From Sphyrna mokarran (Eukaryota), in the NCBI GenBank assembly GCA_024679065.1, contig JAGIQG010000031.1:17608001-17672000 (forward strand): DNA of 64,000 nucleotides, in the 5' to 3' direction. The notes under the pieces were generated by a model. The model was not told the origin of the DNA. It was given only the letters and a program-made list of their open reading frames with translations, and ran no database searches. The position numbers and the translations under genes are program-made. Below, piece by piece: positions 12,156 through 27,453 of the stretch (within the stretch, counting starts at the first letter, position 1; each line of letters begins with the position of its first letter).

Positions 12156-14089
12156 GCTGGGATTGACCTTCAGGAGTATAAACTTACTATTGTCAGCTTT
12201 GAGAGGGCTAACACAGGGATGTGCTAGAGGGCAAAGGCTGCATTTTTGGAACTTGAGACCAGCAGTTGACATTTCACAGATCAAAACATTGGTACCATCT
12301 CCTCAGCTGAGGCACTTCCATCACCAGCAGAAAATAAATTTGTCAAGCCAATCGTTTTCTTCTGTTAAAGTGTGATTGTTTTTTGACATGGGATACATAA
12401 TGCCCTGTAAATAATGCCTAACCACACTCAGCTTACAGGAGTTGAGCACATCATATTGCTGTGGGAAAGGTTATAACAATTTTTACAACGCTAACTCTTT
12501 TATTGACGAGTATGACAGATTATATTCCTTCCACACCTGCCAGTATGAACAATTCTGGTTCTTCCTCGTATAAATGTTGTTCATTATAAGAACAATAATT
12601 TTTTTTTGTTTTCTCTTGGTAATATTTGAGAGTAAATTAGTATTTTCGAGGATCTGATGATCCTCTCCCTGTCCATGATCAGTAATCGAAGTGGCTTTGC
12701 TCCATGTAAAGTCTTCCTGAGGCCAGTTGTCTTTCACTTCCTATTGCTAAAGTCTCTCAGCCTTTATTGGTCTCATTCATGAGGAGTCCAGCAAGTGCTT
12801 GGAACAGTCCTTCTCCCAGTGGACGTCCCCTAGTTTGATGCCTTTGGTAAAAATGGTTGAAGTTGTTAAATAACCACCAAGGGTCATGGCATAGTCTCCA
12901 AGCAATTGATTATATTTTTGCAATAGCAAAATACTAAGTTGAGTGTTGAAAACCCATTTGGATAAACACGGTTGTTAATCCTCTGTCTAGCTTTTTGGAC
13001 CATAAATATTCTGTGGTGTCATGGCAAATTAATTTTCACAGTTTCCAAAGACACTTATAACTATTTATTTCACCCATTATGCATATTTTTTCAGAGTCAA
13101 TGACACAGCATGGTGTGATTATGAAATCATGGCTACGCAATTCATAGAAACAATTTATTCTGAAGAAAAGATTCTTATGACACCTGGTCTCAGTGGGGTA
13201 TCATTTGAACTCTCTGGGTCTTGAATTGGCAGTGAAGCTTGATTGGAGGTAATAGCAGCCGTCTAAGAACCATTCAATAGATTAACAAAATTTGTTTCAA
13301 ATAGCTGAGGAACCACAGGAGGAACAGAGAAGTCACTGAAAAAGGCACAAGTTTCAAATTGGTTTGTATCAAGTGATTGGGACTGAGCAGTGTTTGGAGC
13401 TTAAGATGAGCAGTTTCTGAAGCCCTGTGATAGATGAATAAATTTTGGTCCCGCAAGTCTTTATCACTGGATTTATGCTGTCATTCTGATTTATGGCTGA
13501 GCTTCTCTGCTCTAATGCGGATTCTGCCGTGTGTCATAAAATTTACTTCAGTGAGCTGTAGTAGTCCCAGAAGTGTGGAGTAGAATGGATCATATCCGAG
13601 CTCTATAGCGAACGATGTGCCAGGTTTCAACTTTGATTCCTGCGCCTTCATTCTGATGGGATGACTATTCAGTTTGGTTTGGGTCTATGTACGATAAGTG
13701 ATGGAAAATGAGTCCGCTTTGCTCGGGCCAAGTGGTGAAGGAAGTCGAGGAGACGGGAATCCAGCAGCAGTGAGCTTGGGTTTCAGGTGGTCCTTCTTTC
13801 CATAATTACCTTCTACTGCCACTAGAGAGTGAGGCTATCAAGCAGGTTGGCTGTGGGTCTTAATTTCAGACCAGGAACAGCACTTAGGACTTAGTGCTTG
13901 TGTGTGTGTGTTTAATTACTGTGTTTGGTCTATGAGTCCCTTCCTCACAATAATGAAAATAACCATTTGAAACAAATCCCACATCAGTTGAAAACTACAT
14001 CCATGGGATGTCCATTTCATTTGGAATTAAAGCAATCCAGTGACAAGATTCGGCTGATTTTACCCCCAACTTCCCAGCTCAGCCATTGA

Positions 14090-14377
<288 letters not shown>

Positions 14378-17135
14378 TAACCCTAGCAAGTTGTGTCTTT
14401 TACATATTCTGGTAAACTGTTTTCAATTTCTTTGCAGCTCCGTTGCATTGGTAATTTTAACACGGACCAGGAACTTGGGACTTGTCTTTCTAATTCTCTG
14501 CCAGATCGTTCTTTTTTTGGGAACAGCAGCAGGGGCTGAAAGGGAATAGACGTCACAGTAAAACCTTGGCGCAGGTCCCTATCAAAACTTTATCTGAGTT
14601 TCACTAAAGTTGGTATTTTAAACATATAGAAACTTTGGTGTTGGATGAAGGGTTTGTGATGAATTTGGGATGGATAATATTTAAAAAATGTTTCTTAGCT
14701 TAAAATGTTGACATAAGGAGATCAGGAAAGTACTATGCTGCCAGGCATTTTCAAGCTGAACAAAATCACAAGATGACTGGAAGTTCCCCCAACTCCACTC
14801 TCTTGGGTTTATCTTCAGTCATTCTCTGTAACAACCTAAAAACGTCTTGATTTGTGCTACACAACCTGAAGAGTTTTTGAACTCAACCAGGTCAAGTTGA
14901 AAGACAAGAAGGCGAGTCAGAAATAGTTTGGTCCTCAAGAGTGAAATCCTCCCAAGAGGGCAGCCAGAACACTGTATTCCTCTCTTTGTGGGGAGCGTAA
15001 TGGGGGAGACTTAAAAATGTGAGAAAATGCCTTGAAAGCGTTTACGTTATAAAGGCAATTGTTGAAAAGTCAAATTGTCCTTGTCATCATATTCAGCTAG
15101 ACTGATAATTCAATGCAGTCAATTTTATTACATGATCAAAGTTTGAGATGGATTTTCTTGGGCTTTGACATTGCCTTAAAAGCCCAGCTCAATTTTCTTT
15201 ATCTTGATGGGATGACAAATGTGACTAATGGTGTGGGGGTGAATCTGATGGGCTTTTTATTTCAGGAACAGGAATAGTTTTGGCTCTATGGTTGATTGCA
15301 GCTTGACCTTGTAGAGTTGATGTGTTGAGCATTCTCATTCAGACATCCAAGCCATCATATGGAAACCTGTAAAAATATGGAAGAATAACTCCAGTGTATT
15401 CAGAGGTGAAGGGTTTAGGAGCACTAGCGATAGATTTGGGACACTAGTCATCTGAATATGGACTGAGAACTGTGTTGCACATTGACTCTTGCACTGTGCT
15501 GTATAATGGCTGTGTTTTCTATTTGTGGATGGGGAGGATGGAAAGGGCTCAAGAGGGATGTAATAGAAAATCCGTGTTAAAATTATCAGTTCTCTCTAAC
15601 AAGGCTTGGGCTTTGGTGGCCTTGCCCCTGCTTGCATGTATCTTTTGGCTGGGAGATTCTGTCAATGGGATGTGCTGGAAATAGCATGGCTGCTTTAGTT
15701 CAGAATGTGTGCTTCTAATTGTGAGATTATGCACATTTATATCAACAATTTTTTATTGTTATAAATATTTTACAAAAATGAAGAACAATATGACTTTTAA
15801 AAAGTAAATCAATGTACACTAGTATTTATTTGAGTGTGTTAAAGACTCACATAGTGTTGATGGAAGCTTTTTTGTGTGGTGTGTTAAATTTGTCTTTTTG
15901 GTATCTTGTGATGTGTAAATATTGGGAGTTTCTCAATGCTTTATGAATTCATCATGGTGCCAAGACAATGCACCTGACAGTTAATTCGTGGCTCCCTCGA
16001 AAGGTGACAGCTTTCAAGCCTGCCGCTGTCTACAAACTGAAGAATTCAGGCCCAGATCTGGCGACGCCTCAAGTTCGATCATAATATGTTACTTTGCACA
16101 ATCCAAAATAATTAATTTAAGTCACCAATTCATCATCTTCGCGTTGGTCTTGATGTATATGGGCGGCGAGGAGGAGGCACGCATTCTGAATCAATTACTT
16201 ATATCCTATCTTCCCTGAGGGTAATAATGTCACCCCGACAGCACAGGGATGGCTTTGCTCAAAGGCCTGAACTTCCTTGCTGTTAGATCGGTAGCTTTGT
16301 ATTCCCATTCCCCCCCGCCCAGTGTGCTAGATGATCCGCTCTTCCCTCGAGGTTAACATGGGTTTTGAACCTGGCCCTTCCTGGAAGGTCCATGGTTTGA
16401 CTACCTCCCATTCCACCTCAAATTGCACAGCGTTAATGTCTCTCCTAGACCTCATTCTCTGACCCCAAGTGCACACACGCCCGGACAACAAGGACTGCAG
16501 ACACTGCCAGAGGATTACAAGGTGACTCCTTCCAGTTTATGCTTGTCCTGTGAGTAAGTGCTGAGCTTGAACTCAGCAACTTTCTGTAGGCCTGGGAACA
16601 ATCTCATGCTCCAAGTATTTTACGCAGCTCATGACCTAGCATTGCTACTTGTGAAATTAAACAATTTTGTGCCATTAATGGCTGTGTTTAATCATTTTGA
16701 TCTATTAACAAAGTAATTAAAAAGAAAATTATGAGTGAATGTACACATGTCTCAATGTCTCTTCGCTTTTGTCCAAAAATAATTGATGCTTGGCCAGAAT
16801 CTAGTTTTCCAAACAGTGGTTACATTCCATTTTCTCACCCAATGCTGGCAAGACCTGTAATGCTTGAATGCTAGAATCAAGCATAGCCCCTCTGATCAAC
16901 TGATTGGGTCTCCATCCACATAGACAAATGATAAAGAATAAGAGCCCTGAATGATTTTTGCTTTCTGAGAGTCCAGGGCTTGCGGTATTCGAAATAAATC
17001 TAATGCTATACCAGCCATGATCCACACAAAATAATAATCAATTCTGGAATATTGCTGGTTAGGATGACAGGTGTATATTTATGCTTGATTTTTCTCTCAC
17101 TTCTGAGACAAACTGGTTAATGTCCTTCTAAATGT

Positions 17136-17400
17136 TGAACATAGGAGCAAAAGACCATTCAATCCCTTAAGCCAATTCCACCATTGAAGAAGATTAATGC
17201 TGACCTGTGATCTCAAGCCATCAACCCACCTTTGATCCATATCCCTCAGTACCTTCACTACACAGAATGCTTAACAATCTCAGACTTTAAATCCTAATTG
17301 AACCAAGCATCAATTGTATTTGCTGAAGCGAGTTCAAAATTTAAGCCATCTTTTGCCTGTTAGAAGTATTTCCTTGTTTTCAAGTTATGTCCCTTATGAT
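17136..17400 (-). mobile_element. Old CR1 3' end fragment
   Basis: gaacataggagcaaaagaccattc...ccacctttgatccatatccct, similar to other CR1 tails. Confidence 0.5.
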
Positions 17401-17627
17401 TTAATAATTAGAAGAAACAGCTACCGATTCTTAGAGATTAAATGGTGCAGACGACACAAAGTTGAATAATTAAGAAATTGGAAGGGGTCTGAATTACATG
17501 ACAGAACAATGGAGACCATTGGTGTGTGAGGATATCCCTTCATGCATTAATGCTCTGGGCAAATAAATGAAGGTTAAAAAGTTCTTGATCAAGAGATTGC
17601 TTCTGTTTTAAGAATTCTATTGCATAA

Positions 17628-17774
<147 letters not shown>

Positions 17775-19354
17775 TAATGCATATCCTTTCACTGTATGTT
17801 TTCTAGCTGCTTGGCATATTTGTCTCTTTTACTATGATCTTTCCATATATCACTTGGATTCATTATCAGATATAGACAGAACTCCTGGTGCTAAAAGGAT
17901 CATTTTCATCTTCAATCAGTCTTTTATTTTGTATCTGAAGTTGTGTAAAATGAGTTAGAATGGAAACTCTTTTATTGTTGTTAAGCTTGAAAATGGAGGG
18001 ACAAGTTGGGCTGCTGAAGGAAAAATGAATCAAAATGACTGAATTTTCTTGTGAGTGTTGAAAATATACCTTGTCCAAAGTGTTGGTGAGTCTTGGGTAA
18101 ATAGCCAATATATCAACAGACCCGCTTAGAGGTGATCCAGTTATTGGCAATTGTTTTTCATTTGTCACCGCTCTCTGGCATATGCAGTGAAATCAGCTGC
18201 CATTCCATTCCATGTTATGTGTCAATTTTTCTGTTAGTTTCAACTGACCTTGCTATTCCTCTTGAAAGAGAAATCTGGTCTTATTTAAATTGTGGGATTT
18301 TCTGACAAGGCCCATAAATTTCAATTTCAATGTACCTTGCCAATTTTTACTTGTCAAATAATTATGTACTCTGCTCCTGCTCATTCAGTAGCCCCAATAA
18401 TTCCACATCATTTGTTGAATCATCAGAAATATTGCCTGTTGGCTTCTATCATGACTTGCAATCCTCCTCATTACATTGCTGCATTCCCATTTCATGACTG
18501 ACACTTGTCTTGGATGATATATCAGCATGGGCTCAGTGGCAGCATTTCCTTGTTTCTAGTCAGAAGTCATGACTTCAAGTCCCAATCCAGAAAAGCACTT
18601 GCATTTCAAAAGTATTTTGTTGTCTCCAAAGCACTTTGTGATATCCTGACAATTTGAAAGCTGCAATATAAACATTTGTCATTCTTGCTTCAGTTGGACT
18701 GAGCTTGCTAAGTTCAAAGAATGGCATACAAAGAATAATCTACAGTCCATCCCAAGCAGTTGTTTGCAATTATGACACCATATGCATCAAGTTGCTTCCA
18801 ACACTGACATGTAGATTATGAATAACAGCAAACTTCAACGGATCTAATATAATTGCTTTGAGACAACACTGGAAATCTGCCTGCAAGCATGTGCCAATCC
18901 ACCTGTCAGCATTTTGTGTTTCAACACTTTCAGTCAGTTTTGAAGTATGGTCGATTGACACTAATACTCAGGTTTATCTTTCAGAGAAACTTCTTGTGCT
19001 ATGTGTAAATTTTTTTTCAAGTCTCTGTGGATAATATCTGCCATTTTTCCCAGATCTAGAATCATGCTATCTAATTCAAAATACAAATAAATTACCAAGC
19101 TGGAACCTTTGTTTGAAGCTATGTTTGGTGTCCTCAATAAATCCTTTTCTGTCTAAGTAATCACTGCATCTCCTAAGATTTCCTGCTAGCTTCTTCCCTA
19201 TTGCTGACATCAAACTGATGAAATTGTTGTTGTCTGGATATGTCGTGCTCTTGTTTTAAAGACTGGAAGTGCAATAGTTTCTTTCCAGTTTAAGGGAACA
19301 ATTCCAGATGCTAGGTGGGGGCAAATGGCTCACAGAGGATAGCCTCTGCCACAG

Positions 19355-19650
19355 ACGGCAAGGTGATACAGTAGCTAGTATTGCTGCCTTACAGCACTGG
19401 TGACCCAAGTTCGATTCCTAGCTTGGGTCACTGCCTGTGGAGAGTTCCCTGTGTATCCATTTGGATTTCTTCCGGGTGCTTTGGTTTCCTCCCACAGTCC
19501 AAAAGACATGCTGGTTAGGTACATTGTCCATATTAAATTCTCCCTCCATGTAGCAGTACAGGTGCTGGACTATGGTGACTAGGGAATTTTTACTGTAACT
19601 TAATTGCAATGTTCATGTAAGCCAACTTGTGACACAAATAAACAAACTTC
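19355..19650 (+). mobile_element. HE1-like tRNA-derived V-SINE
   Basis: Pol III B-box-like agttcgattcc; core ccgggtgctttggtttcctcccacagtccaaaagac; tail gtaagccaacttgtgacacaaataaa. Confidence 0.8.
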
Positions 19651-22289
19651 AACTCCCCAAGAAGTGTCAGGTGGATATCATCTGGACAGGCTACCTTATA
19701 TATATTGAGACTTTTAATTCTATTTAAAACACTCGGGTAAATTTTCCAATCCTGCTCACCAGGAAATTGTTGAGGGCACAACAACAATTTGACGAACCAT
19801 CTAAGTTTGAGCTTGGGTTAGAATTTTAGGAAGGGCATGATCAGAAAATCCTGTCTGATGGGCCTTCTGTGTTAAAAGTGTTTTATTGTTAATAATGGAA
19901 TTGAATTCTGACAATAGGATGGACTATGTGAAAGTTGTTATCTTTCACTGCGCTGAAATCACCTCTAGTTCAGGTTCCTAGTCCTGACTAATATTCTAGA
20001 CATGTGCTAAAAGGCAAAAACACTAGTAAAGGTTGAACACAAAGAGGTTGACCATATCGAAGCCAATCTAGAACTACTAATTGCAGAACTTAACCGACTG
20101 AATATGTGACAAGAATCATGCATGTTTTAACAAAAAGGATGAATGGTACAGCTTCTGGGATAACATCAATATCATCATCTGACATGCCTCCAGCGTTCAA
20201 CCTCCCATGCAAACAGTGATCTTCATTCAACAGAAACTGCACTGTCTGTGTATGAACATCATACCTTTTCCACAAACTTATTGTGCAACTGTGGTCATCC
20301 AGATCGGATTGTTCACCATATAGTGAATAAATGGATAAAAACTTCCCTTTAAATTCAAGGCAATCCACCTAACTATGCAGTATTGTGTCTTGTTTATCTA
20401 GCTTGACTTCAACTTGAAAAGCTGCAAAATGTCATTCATGAGATCAGTTCCGAGTGACTGAAATCACGCACTAAAGAGTTTATAATTTTCCATTTATGCA
20501 TCAAGTATCTGATATGGTTTAGGGTTGTGATTGAATTTTTCAAAAAAAAATCAAAGTTTTTCTCGTCATGCCTTTCAAAAATGTTATTTTTGTGTGATCT
20601 GTGAACTCTCTTTGACAGTCTAAGCTTTATTAAGATTGAAGTTGCTGTATTACTGCCAAATCTATTCCTTGACTTTAATGCATGACATAGCTTTAATATA
20701 GGCACCTGCATTTCATCAGGTTTACCATCTGAGGCCATATAATGCACATTATTTTTAGCAAACCTCTCTTGATTTTTCTATTGTGCAGCATCAGTCCACC
20801 TACCCCATCTTTATCATCGACTGTCGCAATGATCTGAAGAATCCACAGCGAAATCAGATTTCCTACAATTAACATACATTTGTCATTCTTGAACAACATT
20901 GTATTTCAGTGTGCAAAAGTCAGAATTCACCCTTCACATAGATGCTGACTTTGCCCTGCTCCAGCTCTCTGCCACTATCCTGGACTCGTATCATTCACAT
21001 TTAGATTTGAACATTCTTGCCATTTTCACTTTATAGCCTCAATCCCGCCACCTCCTTCAGCAAGTCACCTGGAATCTTTCTGCACTCTTATGTTCTTCAA
21101 GTTCTCCTATCTTCAGTAGAAGAGCCGTCAACCTCCTTTTTGGGAGCACTCTAATAAACACCTTTAGTTCTGTTTTCTTTCTCTTTACCTTCAAAGACTT
21201 CCTCACAATTACTGTAACCAATTTATCAACTGTTACCTGGTTACTCTTAGTTCTACAAACTGCTTCATAAGGTGCTACTCTACTAAAAATAGATTGATTT
21301 GTCTTGACATTTTGTTTGAAACATGGTATCTATGACAGTACTGGACTTTGACCAAATGACTTCTGATAGTCGAAAATGCTTCAACTGAGACAAAACTGAC
21401 ATCTTACAGTAAATGATCCAGCATGTTACACTGAGTTAGGTTAAAGTTACTCCCAGTCCCATCAGTTAATCTATTCAACCAACTTTGCTCTTATCTAATA
21501 ACTCAATAGATAAATTGAGAGAGCATTGATAAATTATAGTGGCTCAAAATCAAGACCAACTGTTCTCCTTTGCAGCACATCTCCTTCAACCTTCTCCCTG
21601 CAAATTCAGCCTTTTTAAAAACACAAGACCGGTCCCAGTTAATCATTAATTGTTGACTCACTTGGGTTTTCTCTTTGATTCTTTCTGCTCAGTTTGGTTA
21701 TTGCAGGCCTCGGATTTTTCAGTTGTAAAAGATAAAGGATTCACTTGAAAGTGGTTACACTTGCTTTGAGAGCTCAAAATGTTCAATAGCAAAACAGATC
21801 TGTTGAAGTTTGCGTCAGCCAGCCTCAACTGAAAGGCATGGTCACAATGGATAAAGCTGTAAAGATTAGGTCAGGCACCATTCTATCCTCTCTGAGGTCA
21901 GGCAGATTCATAGAGATTATTAACAAAGCTATGCAGACATCGATATTATCTAACCTTGACTGTCAGAAATCTAATGTGACAAGAACCCTGGTGAACAGTA
22001 ACATCAATTGCATCAGGCCAGGCATATTGCACCGCTACTTGATGCCTAACAAACTGCAATTGACTTCAACACTAAGAATAGAAATATTTTGTTGAATAAA
22101 TTTGCGTTTGCATAGATTTCAGCATCAGGCTACTTAACTGAGTTGTGATTTTTTTTTGCAGTTAGAAAGTTAATTTTAAATAATAATGTCTTGACCCCAG
22201 TGAGAAAGATGCCAGGTTAAACTATCATTGATTAGGTTTCACAGAGAGATGTACCAAAGAAAAGAACATCTCTCTGTACATCTCCTTTT

Positions 22290-22590
22290 GTTCTTTCATG
22301 GGACATGAGCGTTGCTAGCTGGGCCGCCATTTATTGCCCACCCCTAATTGCTGTAGATTTCGAGTCACATGTAGGCCAGACAGGTAAGGATGGCAGATTT
22401 CCTTCCCTAAAAGATATGAGTGAACCTGACGAGTTTTTAATGACAATCAACAGTGGTTTCATGGCCATTATTAGACTTTTAATTACAGATTATTTTTATT
22501 GAATTCAAATTTTATATTATGTCATGGTGGGGTTTGAACTCAGATCCCCAGGTCTCTGGATGATTAGTTCAGTGACAAAGCCAATGCCTC
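22290..22590 (-). mobile_element. tRNA-derived SINE with L2-type tail
   Basis: Tail catttattgcccacccctaattg and head ggggtttgaactcagatcccc (reverse B box); similar copies at 34710-34945 and 48980-49340. Confidence 0.55.
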
Positions 22591-22685
22591 CCCTTAAATT
22601 TCTAGAGAGACAAATGTCCTTGACACTTAAATACAGCACAGTGTAAGTGCAGTCCTTTCTGCATATTTGCAAAATGTATTTGTGA

Positions 22686-22990
<305 letters not shown>

Positions 22991-23207
22991 TGTATTATGC
23001 ACCAGAAGGATTAGGGTAAAAGGTTAGTCTTGCCAGCTGCTCACTTGAGATGAGTGCTGATCTTAAACTGCTAGTGGGAGAGATATTGGGAACAGATAAA
23101 AAGACTCTTCCCTCAAATGAATAGGAAAATATCAGAGGATGTTTTTTGAGTGCAGTCTCAGCTGATGCCACAGATATTCATGGGAAGATATTTACCAAAT
23201 GGCTGAG

Positions 23208-24910
23208 ACTTTAAGTTTTTTGTGTCGGTCTTCATGGTGAAGGACACAAATAGTTTATCGAATATTAAAGATTGAGGGTTGGTAGGAGATGAAGTCCTTA
23301 ATACAATTACTGTTACTGAAGAGGTAGTGCTTGGTAGACTAATGGGACTGAAGGTAGACAAGTTCCCAGGATCTGATGGAATGCATCCCAGGTTCTGAAA
23401 GAAATGGCAGAAGTAATAGCAGATGTGTTTGTAGTTATTTATCAAAATTCGCTGGACTCTGGGGAAGTGCCAGCTGATTGGAAAATAGCTACTGTTACGC
23501 TGCTGTTTAAAAAAGGTAGCAGCCAAAAGGTAGGTAATTACAGGCTGGTTAGCTTAAACTCCGTAGAATCCATCATGAAAGAAAAATAGCAGGACACCTA
23601 GAAAAGAACGGTTCGATCAAGCAGATGCAGCATGAATTCATGAAAGGGAAGTTGTGTTTGATGAATTTACTGGATTTTTATGAAGATATGACTAGTGGAT
23701 GTGGTGTTTTTAGATTACCAGAAGGCGTTTGATGAGTTGCTTCATGAAAGGTTGCTGCAGAAGGTTAGGGTACTGGAGTTGGAGGTAAAATGTTAGCGTG
23801 GATATTAAGGATTGGCTATCTAACAGGAAGCACAGAGTTGGAATAAATGGGTGCTTTTCTGGTTGGCAGCTGGTGATTAGTGGCATGCCACAGGGATTAA
23901 TGCTAGGGCCTCAACTGTTTACCCTATACATGGATGATCTGGAGGAGGGGACTGAGTGTAAGGTAACAAAATTTGCTGATGACACGAAGATGAATGGGAA
24001 AGCAAATTGCATGGAGGACATGGAAAGTCTGCAGAGAGATTTGGAAAGATTGAGTGAGTGGGCGAGGACCTGGCAGATGGAGTATAATATTGGCAAATGT
24101 GAGGTATCCACTTTGGAAGAAATAATAGGGGGATGGAATATTATTTAAATGGTGAAAAGTTGCAGCATGCTACTGTGCAGAGGGACCTGGGGGTCCTTGT
24201 GCATGAATCACAAAAACTCAGTCTGCAGGTGCAGCACGTGATCAAGAAGGTGAATGGAATGTTGGCCTTTATCACAAGGGGGATAGAATATAAAAGCGGG
24301 GAGGTCTTGTTACAACTTACAAGGCACTGGTGAGGCTGCGACTGGAGTACTGTGTGCAGTTTTGGTCACCACATTTCGAAAGGATACATTGGCTTTGGAG
24401 AAAGTACAGCAAAGGTTCATCAAGCTGATACCGGAGTTGAGAGGGTTAGCTTATAAGGAGAGATTGAGTAGATTGGGCTTGTACTCGTTGGAGTGTAGAA
24501 GGCTGAAGGGGATCTACAAGATCTTTACAAGATAATGAAGGGGCTAGATAGGGTAGAGGTAGAGAGATTCTTTCTCTGAGAAGGAAACCAGGACTAGAGG
24601 GCACAGCCTGAAAAGAAGCATAGCTCAAAATAAGGGAGGGTCAGTTTAGAACAAGAGTCGAGGAGGAACTTCTTCTTTCAGAGGATAGTAAATCTCTGGA
24701 ATTCTCTGCCCATTGATGTGGTCGAGGCTACCTCTTTGAATGTGTTTAAGTCATGGGTAGATAGATTTCTGATCAATAAGGGAATTAAGAGTTATGGGGA
24801 GCAGGCAGATAAGTGGAACTGATCCACTTCAGATCAGCCATGATCTTATTGAGTGGCAGGGCTCAAAGGCTAGATGGTCTACTCCTGCTACTATTTCTTA
24901 TGTTCTTAAG
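23208..24910 (+). mobile_element. Degenerate CR1 LINE (RT region to 3' tail), frameshifted
   Basis: ORF pieces 23404 (GEVPADWKIATVTLLFKKG), 23798 (GMPQGLMLGPQLF, KFADDTK) and 24133; tail ctcctgctactatttcttatgttctta. Confidence 0.92.
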
Positions 24911-26799
24911 CCTCTTCTCAAACTCAAAATGGAGTAAGGTTCTCAGAAACAGACTTCCTGCCATTATAGTCTAAGGAGATTACCTGTCACCATTAACCCT
25001 TAAAGGAAACAGCTCCTCTGGTGTTGATTTTTCTGACATGATACCCCTCGCAAACTGAATTAATCTATTAATTTTGTGGTGGTGGTGGTGGTAGGGTGGG
25101 GTTGCAGAATTGCCATTGGGTCTGCACACCACAATCCTCACCAATAAAAGCATGATCCATGTACCCCCAGAGCTTAATTGATGGGGAAACATTTGGTAAG
25201 AAACTATTCCTCCCATGAGTCACTCCACTTCAGTACTGAGGTCCAATACAGGATGATAGTGGAGTTAACACACTTCAGGGAATACAGAATACAACCAGTC
25301 GTACTTATAACAAAATTTAATTGTGCATTAGATCCCAAAACCTGTGCTCCTTCCAGAAAATCAGCAACTCAATGGGATATTTCTGTCTAATTGTGACAGT
25401 TCAGAAGGCAAGGACAAAATCCAAATGAATCTTTATAGCATTTACATTTTAGAATTTTTTTAAAATTCATTTATGGGATGTGGCTGTCACTGATCAGGCC
25501 AGTATTTATTGCCTATCCTTGAATGCCCATGAACTGCTGAAGTACATGTGGTGTAACTATACACCCACAGCACTGTTAGGGAGACATTTCCAGGATTTTG
25601 ATCCAGCAACAGTGGGGAAATGGTGATATATTTCCAAGTCAAGATGCTGAGTAGCTTGGAGGGGAACTTCGAGATGGTGATGTTCCGTTGTTTGCCCCCT
25701 GCCATGTCCTTCTGGATGCTAGCAGTCATGGGTTTGGAAGGTTCTGTCGAAGGAGTCTTCGTAAGTTCCTGAATACATCTTGTAGATGATATACGTTGTT
25801 GTCACTACTTGTGAGTGGTGGCGGGAGTGAATATTTTGTGGAAGGGGTGCCAATCAAGTGAGCTGAATGGTGTTGAGCTTTTTGAGTGTTTTTGGAGCTG
25901 CATTCATCCATGCAAGTGAAGAGTATTCCAAGGCACAACTCCTGAGTTGTACCCTGTATACAGATTCAGGGGAGTTGGGTGCTGAGTTAATTACTCACCT
26001 CATGATTCCTCAACTGTGATCTGGTCCTGTAACCACAATAATTTAAATGGTTGGTCCAGTTCAATTTCTGGTCAATGGTAGCCTTCAGGGATGTTGATGA
26101 TAGAGGTTCAGCAAAGGTAATGACATCAAATGTCAAGGGACAATGGTTAGATTCTCCCTTGTCAGAGGTAGTTATTGCTTGACATTTGTGTGTTACTTAC
26201 CACTTGGCAGCCCAAGCCTGGACATTGTTCAGGTCTTGCTGCATTTAGGCGTGGACTGCTTCAGAATCTGATGAATTACAACTGGTGCCAAACAGTGTGT
26301 AATGAACTGCGAACATCCCTGTTTCTGGCCTTAGAATGGAAGGCAGATCATTGTTAAAGCAATTGAAGATGGTTAGGCCCAGGGCACTAATGTGACAAAC
26401 TGGTGCAGTGTTGTCTTGGAACTGAGATGATTGAATAACCACAATCACGTTCGTTTGTGCCTGGTACGATTCCAGCCTGCAGAGGGTTTCCACCTGATTC
26501 CCATTGGCCCTGTTTTGCTAAGGTCCCTTGATTCCATACTTAGTCAAATGTTGCTTTGATGTCAAGGGACAGTCACTCTCACATCACTTCTGGCATTCAG
26601 TTTGTTTGTCCATGTTTGAACCAAAGCAGTAATGAGGTCAGGAGCTGAGTGACTCTGGCAGAACCCAAAATTAGCATTAGTGAGCAGTTTATTGCTAAAC
26701 AAGTGCCGCTTGATGGCACTGTTGATGACTCCTTTCATTTGTTTACTGATGCTTGACAGTAGACTGTAATTGGTCAATTAGCATTTGTCCTGCTTTTTG

Positions 26800-26957
26800 C
26801 AATAAGAAGCCTCACAACACCAGGTTAAAGTCCAATATGTTTATTTGATAGTAAATGCCACAACGCTTAATATCAAACAAACCTGTTGGACTTTAACTTG
26901 GTGTTGTGAGACTTCTTACTGTATTTACCCCATTCCAATGCCGGCATCTACACATCT
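26800..26957. mobile_element. Penelope-derived short inverted-repeat element inserted in the LINE
   Basis: Arms ctcacaacaccaggttaaagtccaa and ttggactttaacttggtgttgtgag; same family as 56380-56556. Confidence 0.7.
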
Positions 26958-27453
26958 TGACTGCTTTCTATGTATAGGGCAATTTTCCATATTGCTGGGT
27001 AGAATGTCAAATGTTTTAACTGTGCTGGAACAGCTTACTTCAATTCTGGAATACAGCAGAATTGCTGGGTCAGTATATTGTCAAGGCCAGAGATTTTGTA
27101 TTGTCCAATACTTTGAGCATTTCATAATATTACATGGAGTGAACTAAATTGGCTGAATACTGGCATCTGTGATGCTGAGGATCATGCAGAGGAGGTTAAA
27201 CTGGATCCTCCACTTGATACGTCTGTCTAAAAATTGTAGCAAATGCTCCAGTCTTATCGTTAACATTCACGTGCTGGCATCTCCATAATTGACGATGGGA
27301 ATATTTATGGATCCTCCTCCTCCAGTGAATTGTTTAATTGCTCACCACCTTTCACGGCTGAATGTGGCAGAGCTACACTGCTTAGATTTGATTAATTGAT
27401 TGTAGAATCACTAAATCTTCTACTTGCCACCTATGATGTTTGGCACGCAAGTC

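Noticed and set aside
19355-19430. tRNA gene
   Set aside because: The A/B-box-like head runs directly into a SINE body and does not form a complete cloverleaf.
22241-22277. 12-bp hairpin acagagagatgt/acatctctctgt
   Set aside because: Short, low in complexity and without supporting context.
26800-26957. Repeat-spacer-repeat pattern as a CRISPR array or pre-miRNA
   Set aside because: The context is eukaryotic, the arms are inverted rather than direct, and the same element recurs at 56380, so it is a dispersed repeat.
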